Under the pieces are notes generated by a model. That model did not search any database. It was not told where the DNA came from and saw only the letters and a program-made list of their open reading frames with translations. The translations under genes and the position numbers were made by a program. DNA of 64,000 bases from an uncultured Acidobacteriota bacterium (GTDB lineage: Bacteria; Acidobacteriota; Terriglobia; Terriglobales; Acidobacteriaceae): assembly GCA_963777415.1 (NCBI GenBank), contig CAVZQL010000009.1:122457-186456 (forward strand). Direction: 5' to 3'. Numbering within the stretch: the first letter of the stretch is position 1; every line of letters starts with the position of its first letter. Positions 51,973-60,513 of the stretch are shown one piece after another.

Positions 51973-52104
51973 AAAGGTTCGCCTCCAACATCAACAGTTC
52001 TTCCGGACCGAATGGGCGAAACGGGTGGCTCCGGAACAACCTCACCGTAATGCAGCCACCGTCAAGATGCCCAGCCACGGCCCCATTCCCGACACTAGTG
52101 TTCG

Positions 52105-52120
52105 TGCAACCGAACCGCCA
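52105..52120 (-). promoter_or_regulatory. sigma-54-type promoter of NTP-transferase gene 51175-51972
   Basis: The minus strand reads TGGCGGTTCGGTTGCA. The shared palindrome is centred 88 bp upstream. Confidence 0.6.
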
Positions 52121-52197
52121 TAACGACGCGCAACAGTAAGCCCTTGTCGATTCTGGCTCATTTTCTTTACGAGCACATGCCGGCGATCGCCGCCATT

Positions 52198-52215
52198 CTG
52201 CCGCAATGAAGGCAG
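52198..52215. promoter_or_regulatory. putative enhancer (UAS) palindrome shared by divergent promoters
   Basis: CTGCCG-CAATGA-AGGCAG (10/12), 88 bp from the minus-strand GG (52118-52119) and 98 bp from the plus-strand GG (52304-52305). Confidence 0.55.
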
Positions 52216-52302
52216 TTGCCGGGATTCGGGCAAAGTTCCCCGCGCTTCGCCAGGAATCGGTCATTTTCCCGGCACAACTCGCGTGCATTAAGCCATTTCG
52301 GT

Positions 52303-52318
52303 TGGCAGGTGAATTGCG
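52303..52318 (+). promoter_or_regulatory. sigma-54-type promoter of the LolA-like gene
   Basis: TGGCAGGTGAATTGCG. The shared palindrome is centred 98 bp upstream. Leader ~69 nt. Confidence 0.65.
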
Positions 52319-52397
52319 TTACTGCACAGCGGGACACGTCCCGCGCAGAGAAGTCGAGCTCTTCTGTAGAATTTAGCTCTCTAGAGGTGGTGCGGTA

Positions 52398-53147
52398 ATG
52401 CCTACAAAGCCAGGTTCATCAATTTTCAGTGCATGTCTTCTTCTTGCACTGTTTCACTTCGTAGTTCCTGTTATTGGAAACGCCCAGGAGCCGGCGCGAT
52501 TAACCGTCGATGAAATTGTCGGGCGCATGATCGCTATGGACGCTCAGCGCGCCGCAAAGAACCAGGGCTACCACGGTGTCCGTCACTACACCGTTGACTA
52601 TAAGGGCTTCCCGGGCGACAAACACGCCGAGATGGTGGTCAACGTCGTTGCCACCCAGAACCACAAGGAGTTCACGACCGTCTCCCAAAGTGGATCGCAG
52701 TTCCTGCTCAATCGGGTCGTCCGCAAGCTCCTCGATAGCGAAAGCGAAGCCGCCGATAGCAAGAATCGACGCGAAGTGAAGCTCACTCCCGAAAATTATG
52801 ACTTCTCCCTGCTCGGAACCGAGAACGTACAGAACCGCCGCTGTTACGTCCTGGAAGTGAAGCCCAAGCGAGACAACAAGTTTCTTTACAAGGGCAAAGT
52901 GTGGATCGACGCCGAAGAGTTCGCCGTTATGCAGATTTCGGCCAAGCCCTCCAAGAATCCATCCTTCTGGATCTCATCCGTCGAGATCGAGCACCAGTAC
53001 GAGAAAGTTGGAGATCTTTGGTTGCCTCGCAGCAATCAATCCACTTCGAAGGTTAAGTTAGGTGGCCACGCGCTACTGACCATCGACTACCAGAAGTACG
53101 AGCTCACAGATTCTAAAACCGTCGCAGAAGCTATCCAGAACCAATGA
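52398..53147 (+). CDS. LolA-like outer-membrane lipoprotein-sorting-type protein
   Basis: Signal peptide; YVLEVKPKRDNKFLYKGKVWIDAEEFAVMQI...WLPRSNQ pattern as in LolA_like family proteins (recognition from memory, moderate). Confidence 0.55.
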   Translation: MPTKPGSSIFSACLLLALFHFVVPVIGNAQEPARLTVDEIVGRMIAMDAQRAAKNQGYHGVRHYTVDYKGFPGDKHAEMVVNVVATQNHKEFTTVSQSGSQFLLNRVVRKLLDSESEAADSKNRREVKLTPENYDFSLLGTENVQNRRCYVLEVKPKRDNKFLYKGKVWIDAEEFAVMQISAKPSKNPSFWISSVEIEHQYEKVGDLWLPRSNQSTSKVKLGGHALLTIDYQKYELTDSKTVAEAIQNQ

Positions 53148-53180
53148 GGGCCAGCAATAAGCGAGAGCTCGCAAATGAAT

Positions 53181-53216
53181 AACGGGTGGTCGCTCAAGCG
53201 ACCACCCGTTTTGTTT
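53181..53216 (+). terminator. rho-independent terminator between convergent genes
   Basis: AACGGGTGGTCGC-tcaa-GCGACCACCCGTT (13-bp stem) followed by TTGTTT. Lies between the LolA-like (+) and DUF2934 (-) genes. Confidence 0.8.
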
Positions 53217-53251
53217 CACGTGGGGAAAAGTTTGAGTATCAGGATGCTCCG

Positions 53252-53437
53252 CTACTTGCGGGAATTAACTACTTCTTCTTCGGCCGCCAGCCAGTCTTCG
53301 GAGTCGCGTCCGTTCTCCCGCCCTCTCTGTTCATAGAGCTCGTACGCTCGCCGGCGGATCTCTTCCTGCTGTTCCTCCGTAATTTGAATCTGCTTCTTAG
53401 CGCTGGCGGCTTTCGTTGTGCGCTTCTTCATCCACAT
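53252..53437 (-). CDS. DUF2934-family small protein
   Basis: EEIRRRAYELYEQRGRENGRDSEDWLAAEEEV matches the DUF2934 signature. Confidence 0.75.
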   Translation of the reverse strand: MWMKKRTTKAASAKKQIQITEEQQEEIRRRAYELYEQRGRENGRDSEDWLAAEEEVVNSRK

Positions 53438-53484
53438 AACCTCCCTTTGACTATATTGAGCCGCTCAATCTACGGCATGCTTAC

Positions 53485-53516
53485 TTTGAAACCTTGAAAC
53501 TTTGAAACCTTGAGAC
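53485..53516. repeat. 4 x 8-bp tandem repeat upstream of the DUF2934 gene
   Basis: TTTGAAAC CTTGAAAC TTTGAAAC CTTGAGAC, 48-80 bp upstream of ATG 53437 (minus-strand gene). Confidence 0.8.
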
Positions 53517-53862
53517 CTGCAGGAATGCACTCGGCGCATCTGACGGAGGCGGGGTGGCAGACTGTCGCTCACCCGTATTTGGCTTATGCGCCGAGTGCAA
53601 ACAGGTCCGCGAACAAGACGATCACGAACCAACTCGAAATTCGATTTCTTAAATTCGCTTCCACGAAACCGGCGGCTCCGAACATGATTCCCTGTCCTAT
53701 ATCAGTGCTATACGTTCCCACCCGATTGGGTCGCCCGTCTGCGATCGCTCCCGGGGGAGACGGAAATTCACCTCGAAAGCGGTCGCAGACTGCCAAGCGA
53801 ACCGGTGCTCCCGGGGACAAACCCGCTCGGCTCGCTACCGGGACAACACCGCACTCTGTCAA

Positions 53863-53878
53863 TGCAGCTCTCGTGCCA
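53863..53878 (-). promoter_or_regulatory. orphan sigma-54-type promoter in a gene-poor 550-bp gap
   Basis: The minus strand reads TGGCACGAGAGCTGCA. The next annotated minus-strand start (53437) is ~415 nt downstream. Confidence 0.55.
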
Positions 53879-53939
53879 CTCGAAACAAGTTGTAAGTCTT
53901 TGATTTTCCGCACCCACCCGAAGCGCTCTTTCTGTTTCG

Positions 53940-53957
53940 GCGCCCAAATGCAGGCAG
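53940..53957. promoter_or_regulatory. weak enhancer-like palindrome
   Basis: GCGCCC-AAATGC-AGGCAG (9/12), 72 bp upstream of the orphan promoter GG at 53876-53877. Confidence 0.25.
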
Positions 53958-53994
53958 GTGTCAGACTGTGGGCACCGGGTAAGCCGCTTGGGCC

Positions 53995-54894
53995 TTAACG
54001 GGATCGAATGGTCAGCACAGGGCATGGGGCTTCGGACACGATTCTGTACGCATGTCTCCACGGCAGATGATCGGCCAGCGGCGTCCGATTCTTCAGACCC
54101 ATGATGACCAGGTCGCTCGTTTCCTCCCATGCATAGTTGAGGATCGTTTCCTCAACAGGTCCGACCGCAACTTCGAATCTGGCGGACACCTTCTCACCCC
54201 CTGCCGAAGCGAGCAACGCCCGTAGTCGCGCTTGCAACGCCACTACGGTTTCGAAATCATCATGCGACTGGTTCTTCACGTCTTGCACAACATGCAGCAG
54301 CGTCAGTTCAGCTTCGTGTTCCATCGCAACAGAGATCGCGTAAGGAATCGCCAGCGCGGAATCGGCCGTCAAATCTGTCGGAAAGAGAATGCGGCCTAGC
54401 TTTCTTGTGCGCGGCTTCGAAGGCGAGCATGGGCCGATCGTCAGCACGGGGATGGACGCATGTCGAAACACGGTTTCGGCCCCCGAGCCTACCACTAGTT
54501 TGGAGACTCCGCTTCGGCCACGAGTGCCGATCACGATCAAGTCAACGTCTTCCGTCGCGGCGATCCGGCTAAGTTCCCGCCAGAGATCTCCAGCGGCGAT
54601 CAGAACCTCGTGCTGTAGCCCTTCCACAACACCGCATTCCTCGAACTTCCCCTCGCAACGGATCAGCTCCTCGAGCGCCAATCTGAACCGATCTACGTAG
54701 CCATCGTATAAAGACTTCTGCAACGCAGCAGGGGGGATCACGTTTGCCAAGTAAAACTTGGCTCCATATCGCCGCGCAAGTATCACGGCGTAACTGAGCG
54801 CCTTCTCAGATGTCTCCGAGAAGTCAGTTGCCACCAGGACTTTTGAGATCATGGAACTCACAACCGTATCGGCCGCCTCAATCGAAGCTTCCAT
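53995..54894 (-). CDS. tandem universal stress protein (UspA family)
   Basis: Two Usp repeats: KVLVATDFSETSEKAL...DLIVIGTRGRSG and RILFPTDLTADS...DLVIMG. Confidence 0.85.
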   Translation of the reverse strand: MEASIEAADTVVSSMISKVLVATDFSETSEKALSYAVILARRYGAKFYLANVIPPAALQKSLYDGYVDRFRLALEELIRCEGKFEECGVVEGLQHEVLIAAGDLWRELSRIAATEDVDLIVIGTRGRSGVSKLVVGSGAETVFRHASIPVLTIGPCSPSKPRTRKLGRILFPTDLTADSALAIPYAISVAMEHEAELTLLHVVQDVKNQSHDDFETVVALQARLRALLASAGGEKVSARFEVAVGPVEETILNYAWEETSDLVIMGLKNRTPLADHLPWRHAYRIVSEAPCPVLTIRSR

Positions 54895-54898
54895 ATGG

Positions 54899-56986
54899 TT
54901 ACCTCGAACCCTTTGCCGATCCCTCTACGAGGGGGGCGACCAGCACAACAACTGAGTGTGGCTGGGCACAAAAATGGCTGTCCATTACAAGAGGCGCTTG
55001 TTCCGTATCGACGATATCGCAGGGCGAGTCCTGGCCGGTGTCGATCCAGCGCCGCCAGCCACCCTTTTGAAACGGCAGTTCGAAACGGAGTGGGTCCCAA
55101 TAGGCGTTCAAAATCGCGCACATCGCTATTTTTTCCGGGGGAATCTCGCCGCTGAGAGCCAGGCTATGAGAGTAGTAGCTCCAGTCCGGCTGGCCCAGCG
55201 CCACTCCATGCCACTCCTTGTACGTACTGCCGAGCAGTTGCTTGAGCGTCCATCGAGCACGCTCCGGCTGGTCATCGCGCCTCACCCTATATGCACAAAG
55301 CCGACTGAAGAATCGAAGCAGGTCGGCGTGCTCGTTCAGCAGTCCCCAGTCGAACCAGGTAGTCTCGTCGTCGTGGCAATAAGCGTTGTTATTTCCACCC
55401 TGAGTGCGACGCACTTCGTCGCCCATGGAAAACATCGGCACGCCCAAAGCCAGTGTGGTGACCGTAATGAGGTTTTTCACTTGCCGCTCCCGAAACTTCT
55501 CGACTTCCGGGTTCGTGGACGGCCCTTCTACGCCAAAGTTGTAACTTCGATTGTCGTCGGCGCCGTCGCGGTTATTTTCCTTGTTTGCCTCATTGTGTTT
55601 CGTGTTGTACGAGACAAGGTCGTTCAGCGTGAATCCGTCATGGCAGGTCACGAAATTGATACTCTGCTCCGCTTCTCTTTCTCCCTGTTCGTAAATCTTG
55701 GGGCTCCCCATCAAACCGTCGGCAAACCCCTGCACGGAGCCATTGTCGCCCCGAAAGAAGCTGCGAACCTCGTCACGAAAGCGTCCGTTCCACTCTTTCC
55801 AACTGTCTCCCGGAAAACTGCCCACCTGGTAAAGCCCTGCCGCGTCCCATGCTTCCGCGATCAGCTTCACGCCGGCCAAAAACGGATCCGTCTCTATGTC
55901 CCACAGCAGCGGCGGATTGGCCAGAACCTGCCCGCATGAGTCCCGCGCCATGATCGAGGCCAGATCGAATCGAAATCCGTCCACATGCATCTCGCTCACC
56001 CAGTAGCGCAGGCTGTCCAGTATCATGCGCCGCACAATCGGATGATTGCCATTGATCGTGTTTCCCGTACCCGTGTAGTCGGCATACCGAGTCTTATCAC
56101 CTTCGAGGATGTAGTAAGCGCAGTTGTCGATTCCCCGCAGGCTGAAAGTCGGTCCCTTCTGATCGCCTTCCGCGGTGTGATTAAAGACCACATCCAGGAT
56201 CACCTCGATCCCGGCGCGATGTAGAACCTTTACCATGTCGCGGAATTCATCAAGCGCCCCCATGCAACTCGCGCGCGAGCTATACGCCCGATGCGGGGCG
56301 AAGAACGACACCGGCGCATATCCCCAGTAGTTGACCAGCCCCGGTGGACAATCCTGGGCGTCGAATTGAAACACCGGCATCAGCTCGACCGCTGTAATAC
56401 CCAGTTCCTTCAGGTACGGAATCTTCTCGCACAATCCCGCATACGTTCCGCCAATACCCGCGCCGACGTTGGAACTTGGATGCCGCGTAAATCCCCGTAC
56501 GTGCAGTTCATAAATAATGGTCTGACACCACGGTCGCCGCAGCGGCACATCGCCTTCCCAATCGTAGGTGCTCGTGTCCACCACCACGCCCTTCATCGCA
56601 CCTGCGGTGTTGTCACCCGCTTCAGCCGCAGCGGCACGACTGTAGTGACGCGGCACGATCACGGAACGCGCGTAAGGGTCCAGCAGAACCTTCTCTGGGT
56701 CGAAGCGCATTCCCTTGCACGGCTCGAACGGCCCTCGGACTCGGTATCCATACAGCTGTCCCGCCTTGAGTCCGGGCACGAATAAATGCCAGTAGTAGTA
56801 AGTGCGATTGACGTCCGGATCCAGGCAAATCGTCCTGCTTGGCCTCGCGCAATCTTCGCTGTCAAAGAGGAGCAGTTCTACCCCGGTGGCGTGTCGTGAA
56901 TACAGACTGAAGTTCACGCCGGATTCCTGCACCGTCGCGCCCAGAGGAAAGCTTCTTCCGACCTGTTGAGTAGAGTTCGTTCTCAC
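54899..56986 (-). CDS. glgX: glycogen debranching enzyme
   Basis: FPLGATVQESGVNFSLYSRHATGVELLLFD N-terminus, GH13 motifs DVVFNHT, GFRFDLA, EAWD, FVTCHD. GTG start at 56986 without an obvious SD. Confidence 0.92.
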   Translation of the reverse strand: MRTNSTQQVGRSFPLGATVQESGVNFSLYSRHATGVELLLFDSEDCARPSRTICLDPDVNRTYYYWHLFVPGLKAGQLYGYRVRGPFEPCKGMRFDPEKVLLDPYARSVIVPRHYSRAAAAEAGDNTAGAMKGVVVDTSTYDWEGDVPLRRPWCQTIIYELHVRGFTRHPSSNVGAGIGGTYAGLCEKIPYLKELGITAVELMPVFQFDAQDCPPGLVNYWGYAPVSFFAPHRAYSSRASCMGALDEFRDMVKVLHRAGIEVILDVVFNHTAEGDQKGPTFSLRGIDNCAYYILEGDKTRYADYTGTGNTINGNHPIVRRMILDSLRYWVSEMHVDGFRFDLASIMARDSCGQVLANPPLLWDIETDPFLAGVKLIAEAWDAAGLYQVGSFPGDSWKEWNGRFRDEVRSFFRGDNGSVQGFADGLMGSPKIYEQGEREAEQSINFVTCHDGFTLNDLVSYNTKHNEANKENNRDGADDNRSYNFGVEGPSTNPEVEKFRERQVKNLITVTTLALGVPMFSMGDEVRRTQGGNNNAYCHDDETTWFDWGLLNEHADLLRFFSRLCAYRVRRDDQPERARWTLKQLLGSTYKEWHGVALGQPDWSYYSHSLALSGEIPPEKIAMCAILNAYWDPLRFELPFQKGGWRRWIDTGQDSPCDIVDTEQAPLVMDSHFCAQPHSVVVLVAPLVEGSAKGSR

Positions 56987-56998
56987 GCCAGAACACCG

Positions 56999-57014
56999 TG
57001 CACGAGAGTTGCCA
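56999..57014 (-). promoter_or_regulatory. sigma-54-like site immediately upstream of glgX
   Basis: The minus strand reads TGGCAACTCTCGTGCA. The sequence match is good and a palindrome lies 83 bp upstream, but the predicted start is only ~2 nt before GTG 56986. Confidence 0.35.
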
Positions 57015-57086
57015 CACGCTGCGCTTCATACCCTGAGCCGAATCAGCGGTTCCTGCCCACTGTCACGAAGCGCCGTTCTCGCCTGG

Positions 57087-57104
57087 CTGCCATCATGCGG
57101 GCAT
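57087..57104. promoter_or_regulatory. putative enhancer (UAS) palindrome shared by divergent promoters
   Basis: CTGCCA-TCATGC-GGGCAT (10/12), 92 bp from the plus-strand GG (57187-57188) and 83 bp from the minus-strand GG (57012-57013). Confidence 0.55.
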
Positions 57105-57185
57105 CTCGCCCGTTCTTGGGCACTAACCGCGGCTTCGCCGGCGACCAAGTCCCATTGCCACAAGCAGTTGTGATCCCTCGCCCTT

Positions 57186-57201
57186 GGGCATTCTACGTGC
57201 A
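57186..57201 (+). promoter_or_regulatory. sigma-54-type promoter of the zinc-ribbon ORF / ECF-like paralog 3
   Basis: GGGCATTCTACGTGCA. Palindrome CTGCCA-TCATGC-GGGCAT is centred 92 bp upstream. Leader ~50 nt. Confidence 0.55.
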
Positions 57202-57261
57202 TTCTCTAAAACGTGCGGTTGAGGGAGCCTGCCGGGCCGACTCGACCAGTAGGAGCCGCCA

Positions 57262-57471
57262 ATGAAAAGTCTAACGAAGGTAGTCGATTACTTGTTCGGG
57301 TGTCATCACGAACATCTCAGTCGTGTATTCACGATCAACAAGCGCAGTTATCGCGTCTGCTGTGATTGCGGCGCAAACTTCGATTTTTCGCTGATCACAA
57401 TGAAAACGCGCTCTGACGCTCGTGACCGCAGCGCCGCGTTCCAGTCGAACGCGCAGCTGAAGGCTGTTTGA
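57262..57471 (+). CDS. small Cys/His-rich (zinc-ribbon-like) hypothetical protein
   Basis: GCHHEH...YRVCCDCG gives CHH plus CxxC ligands. Promoter-like site 50 nt upstream. Precedes ECF-like paralog 3. Confidence 0.45.
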   Translation: MKSLTKVVDYLFGCHHEHLSRVFTINKRSYRVCCDCGANFDFSLITMKTRSDARDRSAAFQSNAQLKAV

Positions 57472-57657
57472 GCCGAACGCTGAAGGCATGAGGGCGATCA
57501 CTCTCAACACGAAGTTTACCCATGCGGGCCCTCGTCGTACTTGGACTCGTCGAAGGTCCGCATCGGCGCACGGGCCGACTGATCGCAATCAACGAGGGTG
57601 CGGACACCCCACCGCATCCTGGCCCGTGCCAAATCTGGACAGAAGAGGGCCCCGACA

Positions 57658-58239
57658 ATGAGACCGTTTTTTTTGAAAGCGCAGCGAAATCCGATCCTGA
57701 ACACCCAGCGCGCGACGCCGGAACAACTTCATAACGTCTTCATAGATCATCGACAAGATCTCTACTGGCTGGCCTTGTTCTTGACCGGCGATGAAATTAC
57801 GGCCGAGGCCTGCATCGTCGATGCCTGTGCCCTCGCGACGACCGGCAATAAGGTATTCGCAGAATGGCTTGAGCACTGGGCTCGCAGGTCCACCGTGCGT
57901 TCGGCGATCGACACACAGAAGGGGAGGATCGCCCAGCTCGCGGCTTCCTACGAGCGCCGCCCCTGCTCTCATCGTGACCACCAGCCGTTAGCGCCGGAGA
58001 GCATCACGCTCCTTCGGGACAGCGGTCTCGCTCCTCTTCGCATGGACGCTCTCTGCCGGTTCGCAATCGTCCTACGCGGAATCGAAGGCTATTCCGCTCA
58101 CGAATCCGCCCTGTTGCTGAACATAAGCAGAGCCGTATTCGACGCCGCCTATTGTGCAGCAATGGACACGCTCACGATCTTCCTTGGTGCCGCCCAAGCC
58201 CAACCGGGAGAGGCGGCACTATGCGCCATGACGTGCTGA
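57658..58239 (+). CDS. divergent ECF-type sigma-factor-like protein, paralog 3
   Basis: HRQDLYWLALFLTGDEITAEACIVDACALA / WARRSTVRSAIDTQK / YERRPCSHRDHQP / MDALCRFAIVLRGIEGYSAHESALLLNISRAVFDAAYCAAMDTL. ATG 57658 gives the same length (~193 aa) as the paralogs. Confidence 0.55.
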   Translation: MRPFFLKAQRNPILNTQRATPEQLHNVFIDHRQDLYWLALFLTGDEITAEACIVDACALATTGNKVFAEWLEHWARRSTVRSAIDTQKGRIAQLAASYERRPCSHRDHQPLAPESITLLRDSGLAPLRMDALCRFAIVLRGIEGYSAHESALLLNISRAVFDAAYCAAMDTLTIFLGAAQAQPGEAALCAMTC

Positions 58240-58303
58240 TCGCAACACGAGCGACAGTTTCGACAGCTCACTTTATTGAAAGACGAGACCAAGGGTCATC
58301 TGT

Positions 58304-59212
58304 ATGAAAAACGTAAAGCTAATCGCACTATCGCTTGTCCTCGCTGCCGTCTGGCTCAGTTTGCCGGGGACGGCTCGCGGCCAGTCCATCACGCGAATTG
58401 ACGGCGTTGATGATTTGGGTGACCCCACCCTCGCGCCCGTGTGCGCGAATGCCACGATGGACGCAAGCGTAAAAGAGGCCTTGCGACTCGTGTGTCGTCG
58501 AGAACCCTTCCGGACACAAGACCCTATGCTCGATAACGCGATCGTCATCGGCTTTGTCGGGGGATTCGTTAAGGCCGGGGACGAAAAGCATCCTGAAGTT
58601 CAGTTTGCTTCCTTCCTTCGCCACAGCTACCCATCGGTCGTTCGCGCCCAGGTCTTCTCCAACCACGACGGCCACAAGGCCCTTCGCCGTGTATTGCAGT
58701 TGTTGGACGACAACGAGGATGGAGTCCTTACCGCCACTGAGAAACAGCAAGCCAAAATCATCATCTACGGCCACAGCTGGGGTGCTTCACAAGCAGTCAC
58801 ATTGGCTCGCCAACTGGAGCAGGAAGGAGTTCCAGTCCTGCTCACCATCCTGGTGGACAGCGTTCACAAGCCAGGCCACCACGATTCCACAATACCTCCG
58901 AACGTCAGAATGGCTGTCAACTTCTACCAGACCAAAGGTCCTATCCATGGGCGATCGACCATCAAGGTCCAGGATCCGGAGCGCACCAGAATGTTAGGCA
59001 ATTTTCGGATGACCTACGGCGATCGCCGAATCAGCACCGACAATTACCCCTGGATTTCTCGCCACCTGAACAAACCGCACCACGAGATTGAAAACGATCC
59101 CCAACTTTGGGACGAGATCGCTTCGTTGATTGACTCACAATTGTTCGTGAGGACGTCAGTGGCAGCCGCCTTACCAGCCGGCTCGGCACATGGCGGTTCG
59201 ACCGGCAATTAG
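58304..59212 (+). CDS. secreted alpha/beta-hydrolase-like protein (GHSWG nucleophile elbow)
   Basis: Signal peptide MKNVKLIALSLVLAAVWLSLPGTARG; IIIYGHSWGASQAV fits the GxSxG motif. Confidence 0.55.
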   Translation: MKNVKLIALSLVLAAVWLSLPGTARGQSITRIDGVDDLGDPTLAPVCANATMDASVKEALRLVCRREPFRTQDPMLDNAIVIGFVGGFVKAGDEKHPEVQFASFLRHSYPSVVRAQVFSNHDGHKALRRVLQLLDDNEDGVLTATEKQQAKIIIYGHSWGASQAVTLARQLEQEGVPVLLTILVDSVHKPGHHDSTIPPNVRMAVNFYQTKGPIHGRSTIKVQDPERTRMLGNFRMTYGDRRISTDNYPWISRHLNKPHHEIENDPQLWDEIASLIDSQLFVRTSVAAALPAGSAHGGSTGN

Positions 59213-59265
59213 GGACAGTCCTGCCGCGACTTCCGTCCAGGCAACAGAGCAATGAGTTCGGAGGG

Positions 59266-59670
59266 TTATGCCGTTGCGTGATAGCTCTTAAGCTGCTGCG
59301 CACCCGCCGGCCGCCGATCGCTGACCGCCAACTTCTCCACCACTTGCGCAATTCGTGGTGACTCGTTCTTCATGATGCAATCGTCCACCAGCGAAAGAAT
59401 GCGTTGGGGGACATCGGAATAGGCCGACAGCAGAATAATAGGTAGCCGAGGATGCCGTCGCTTTAGATGAAACGCCACCGCTCCCGAATCCATGCCCTCC
59501 CAACTGTACTCGATCACCACCGCGTCAATGGGCATCTCTTCAAGCAGAACCAGCGCGGCCGTTACGCTGGTGGCCGTCACGACCGTAAAGCCCATCTTCT
59601 CAAGATTTGTCTTCCGCACCTGTAACAGTTGCTGGCTGTAATCCACACACAGCAGGACAGGAGAGCACAT
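59266..59670 (-). CDS. degenerate receiver-domain protein (phospho-acceptor Asp replaced by Glu)
   Basis: LLCVDYSQ...IDAVVIEYSWEGMDS...IILLSAY...IMKNESP aligns to the CheY fold, but the position of the phosphorylated Asp (xxLLD) reads VIE. Confidence 0.65.
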   Translation of the reverse strand: MCSPVLLCVDYSQQLLQVRKTNLEKMGFTVVTATSVTAALVLLEEMPIDAVVIEYSWEGMDSGAVAFHLKRRHPRLPIILLSAYSDVPQRILSLVDDCIMKNESPRIAQVVEKLAVSDRRPAGAQQLKSYHATA

Positions 59671-59722
59671 GTATACACCTCCCTGACCTTCTCAGTCAGA
59701 TAAGCTTTCCCACTCGTGTTAA

Positions 59723-59738
59723 AGCACTTGGATTTCCA
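59723..59738 (-). promoter_or_regulatory. sigma-54-like site of the pseudo-receiver gene
   Basis: The minus strand reads TGGAAATCCAAGTGCT (weak -24). The perfect palindrome CTGCCC-GCGGAT-GGGCAG is centred 90 bp upstream. Confidence 0.45.
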
Positions 59739-59817
59739 ATGCCCATCCCACGCAAGTTGCTGGATTCAAAGCACACACTCGCTGCACGAGCGCGCCGGCC
59801 CTGACTTCATCTTGGCA

Positions 59818-59835
59818 CTGCCCGCGGATGGGCAG
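59818..59835. promoter_or_regulatory. putative enhancer (UAS) palindrome
   Basis: CTGCCC-GCGGAT-GGGCAG (12/12; extended CACTGCCC/GGGCAGTG), 90 bp upstream of the GG at 59736-59737. Confidence 0.6.
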
Positions 59836-59873
59836 TGAACTCCTGTGTCGCGGCCCGATATTCCGGCCGCGGC

Positions 59874-60227
59874 CTAATGAACTGTGTGGCTGCGGTGCGC
59901 CGTCCTCACTTCCATCGGCGCAATGGGATGCGTGCGAGCGGGTTCGCCCAGTAGAGCGAGTTGCAGCCGCTCGCAGAGATGCCGCGCGTAGGAGCTCTCC
60001 GCAATGAACGTCGCTCCAATGCGCTTCAACCAATGCAACGCCGCCTCGCCCGCCGAATCGGCGAAGGTTACTTCCGACAGATCCACTACCAGATTTGAAC
60101 TGATATTCCTGGTCGCGAGCAGTTGGATCGTTTCCTCCGCAAAAGAACCGACGAATCGACCCTCTATGCGCATAGTGAGGTCATTGGGCCGTTCCTCAAA
60201 GCTGATACGAAACATTCTGATCTCCAT
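59874..60227 (-). CDS. STAS-domain protein (anti-sigma-antagonist fold)
   Basis: LTMRIEGRFVGSFAEE...NLVVDLSEVTFADSAGEAALHWLKRIGATFIAES. Confidence 0.7.
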   Translation of the reverse strand: MEIRMFRISFEERPNDLTMRIEGRFVGSFAEETIQLLATRNISSNLVVDLSEVTFADSAGEAALHWLKRIGATFIAESSYARHLCERLQLALLGEPARTHPIAPMEVRTAHRSHTVH

Positions 60228-60258
60228 CGGAGGCTTGCCGCCTCACACAACCTGAAGG

Positions 60259-60274
60259 TGCAGTCCGCATACCA
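60259..60274 (-). promoter_or_regulatory. sigma-54-like site of the STAS gene 59874-60227
   Basis: The minus strand reads TGGTATGCGGACTGCA. No matching upstream palindrome. Confidence 0.3.
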
Positions 60275-60513
60275 ACGGAAATCATTGATAACACTCGACT
60301 CGCAAGGAGCAGGTCGTCCTCCGGCGGGCACGTCGCCCGCCGATGGTCAATGGATCTCTAGCGTGGCGTACCGTACGTAGACCTGGAGAAAAGTGCGGGC
60401 ACCGTTAAGCGGCGCCCGCTGAGCAACGTGAGTAGCGGGTTGTGGAAGATTCAAGAGCGGTAGTTGCGGTTTGTGAAAACAGGAGATTCAAGCGGTAGCT
60501 GTGGTCTCGCTCC

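Noticed and set aside
53485-53516. Checked short tandem repeats (here and at 49606-49638) as possible CRISPR arrays.
   Set aside because: The units are 8 and 11 bp with no spacers and no cas genes. These are not CRISPR.
53584-53998. Track ORFs 53510-53998 (+), 53584-53913 (-) and 53768-54130 (-) in the gap before the Usp gene.
   Set aside because: They are mutually overlapping, P/R/G/S-rich and motif-free. One would start upstream of the orphan promoter. Only the 33-codon tail (53584-53685) is kept, as a speculative micro-ORF in a finding.
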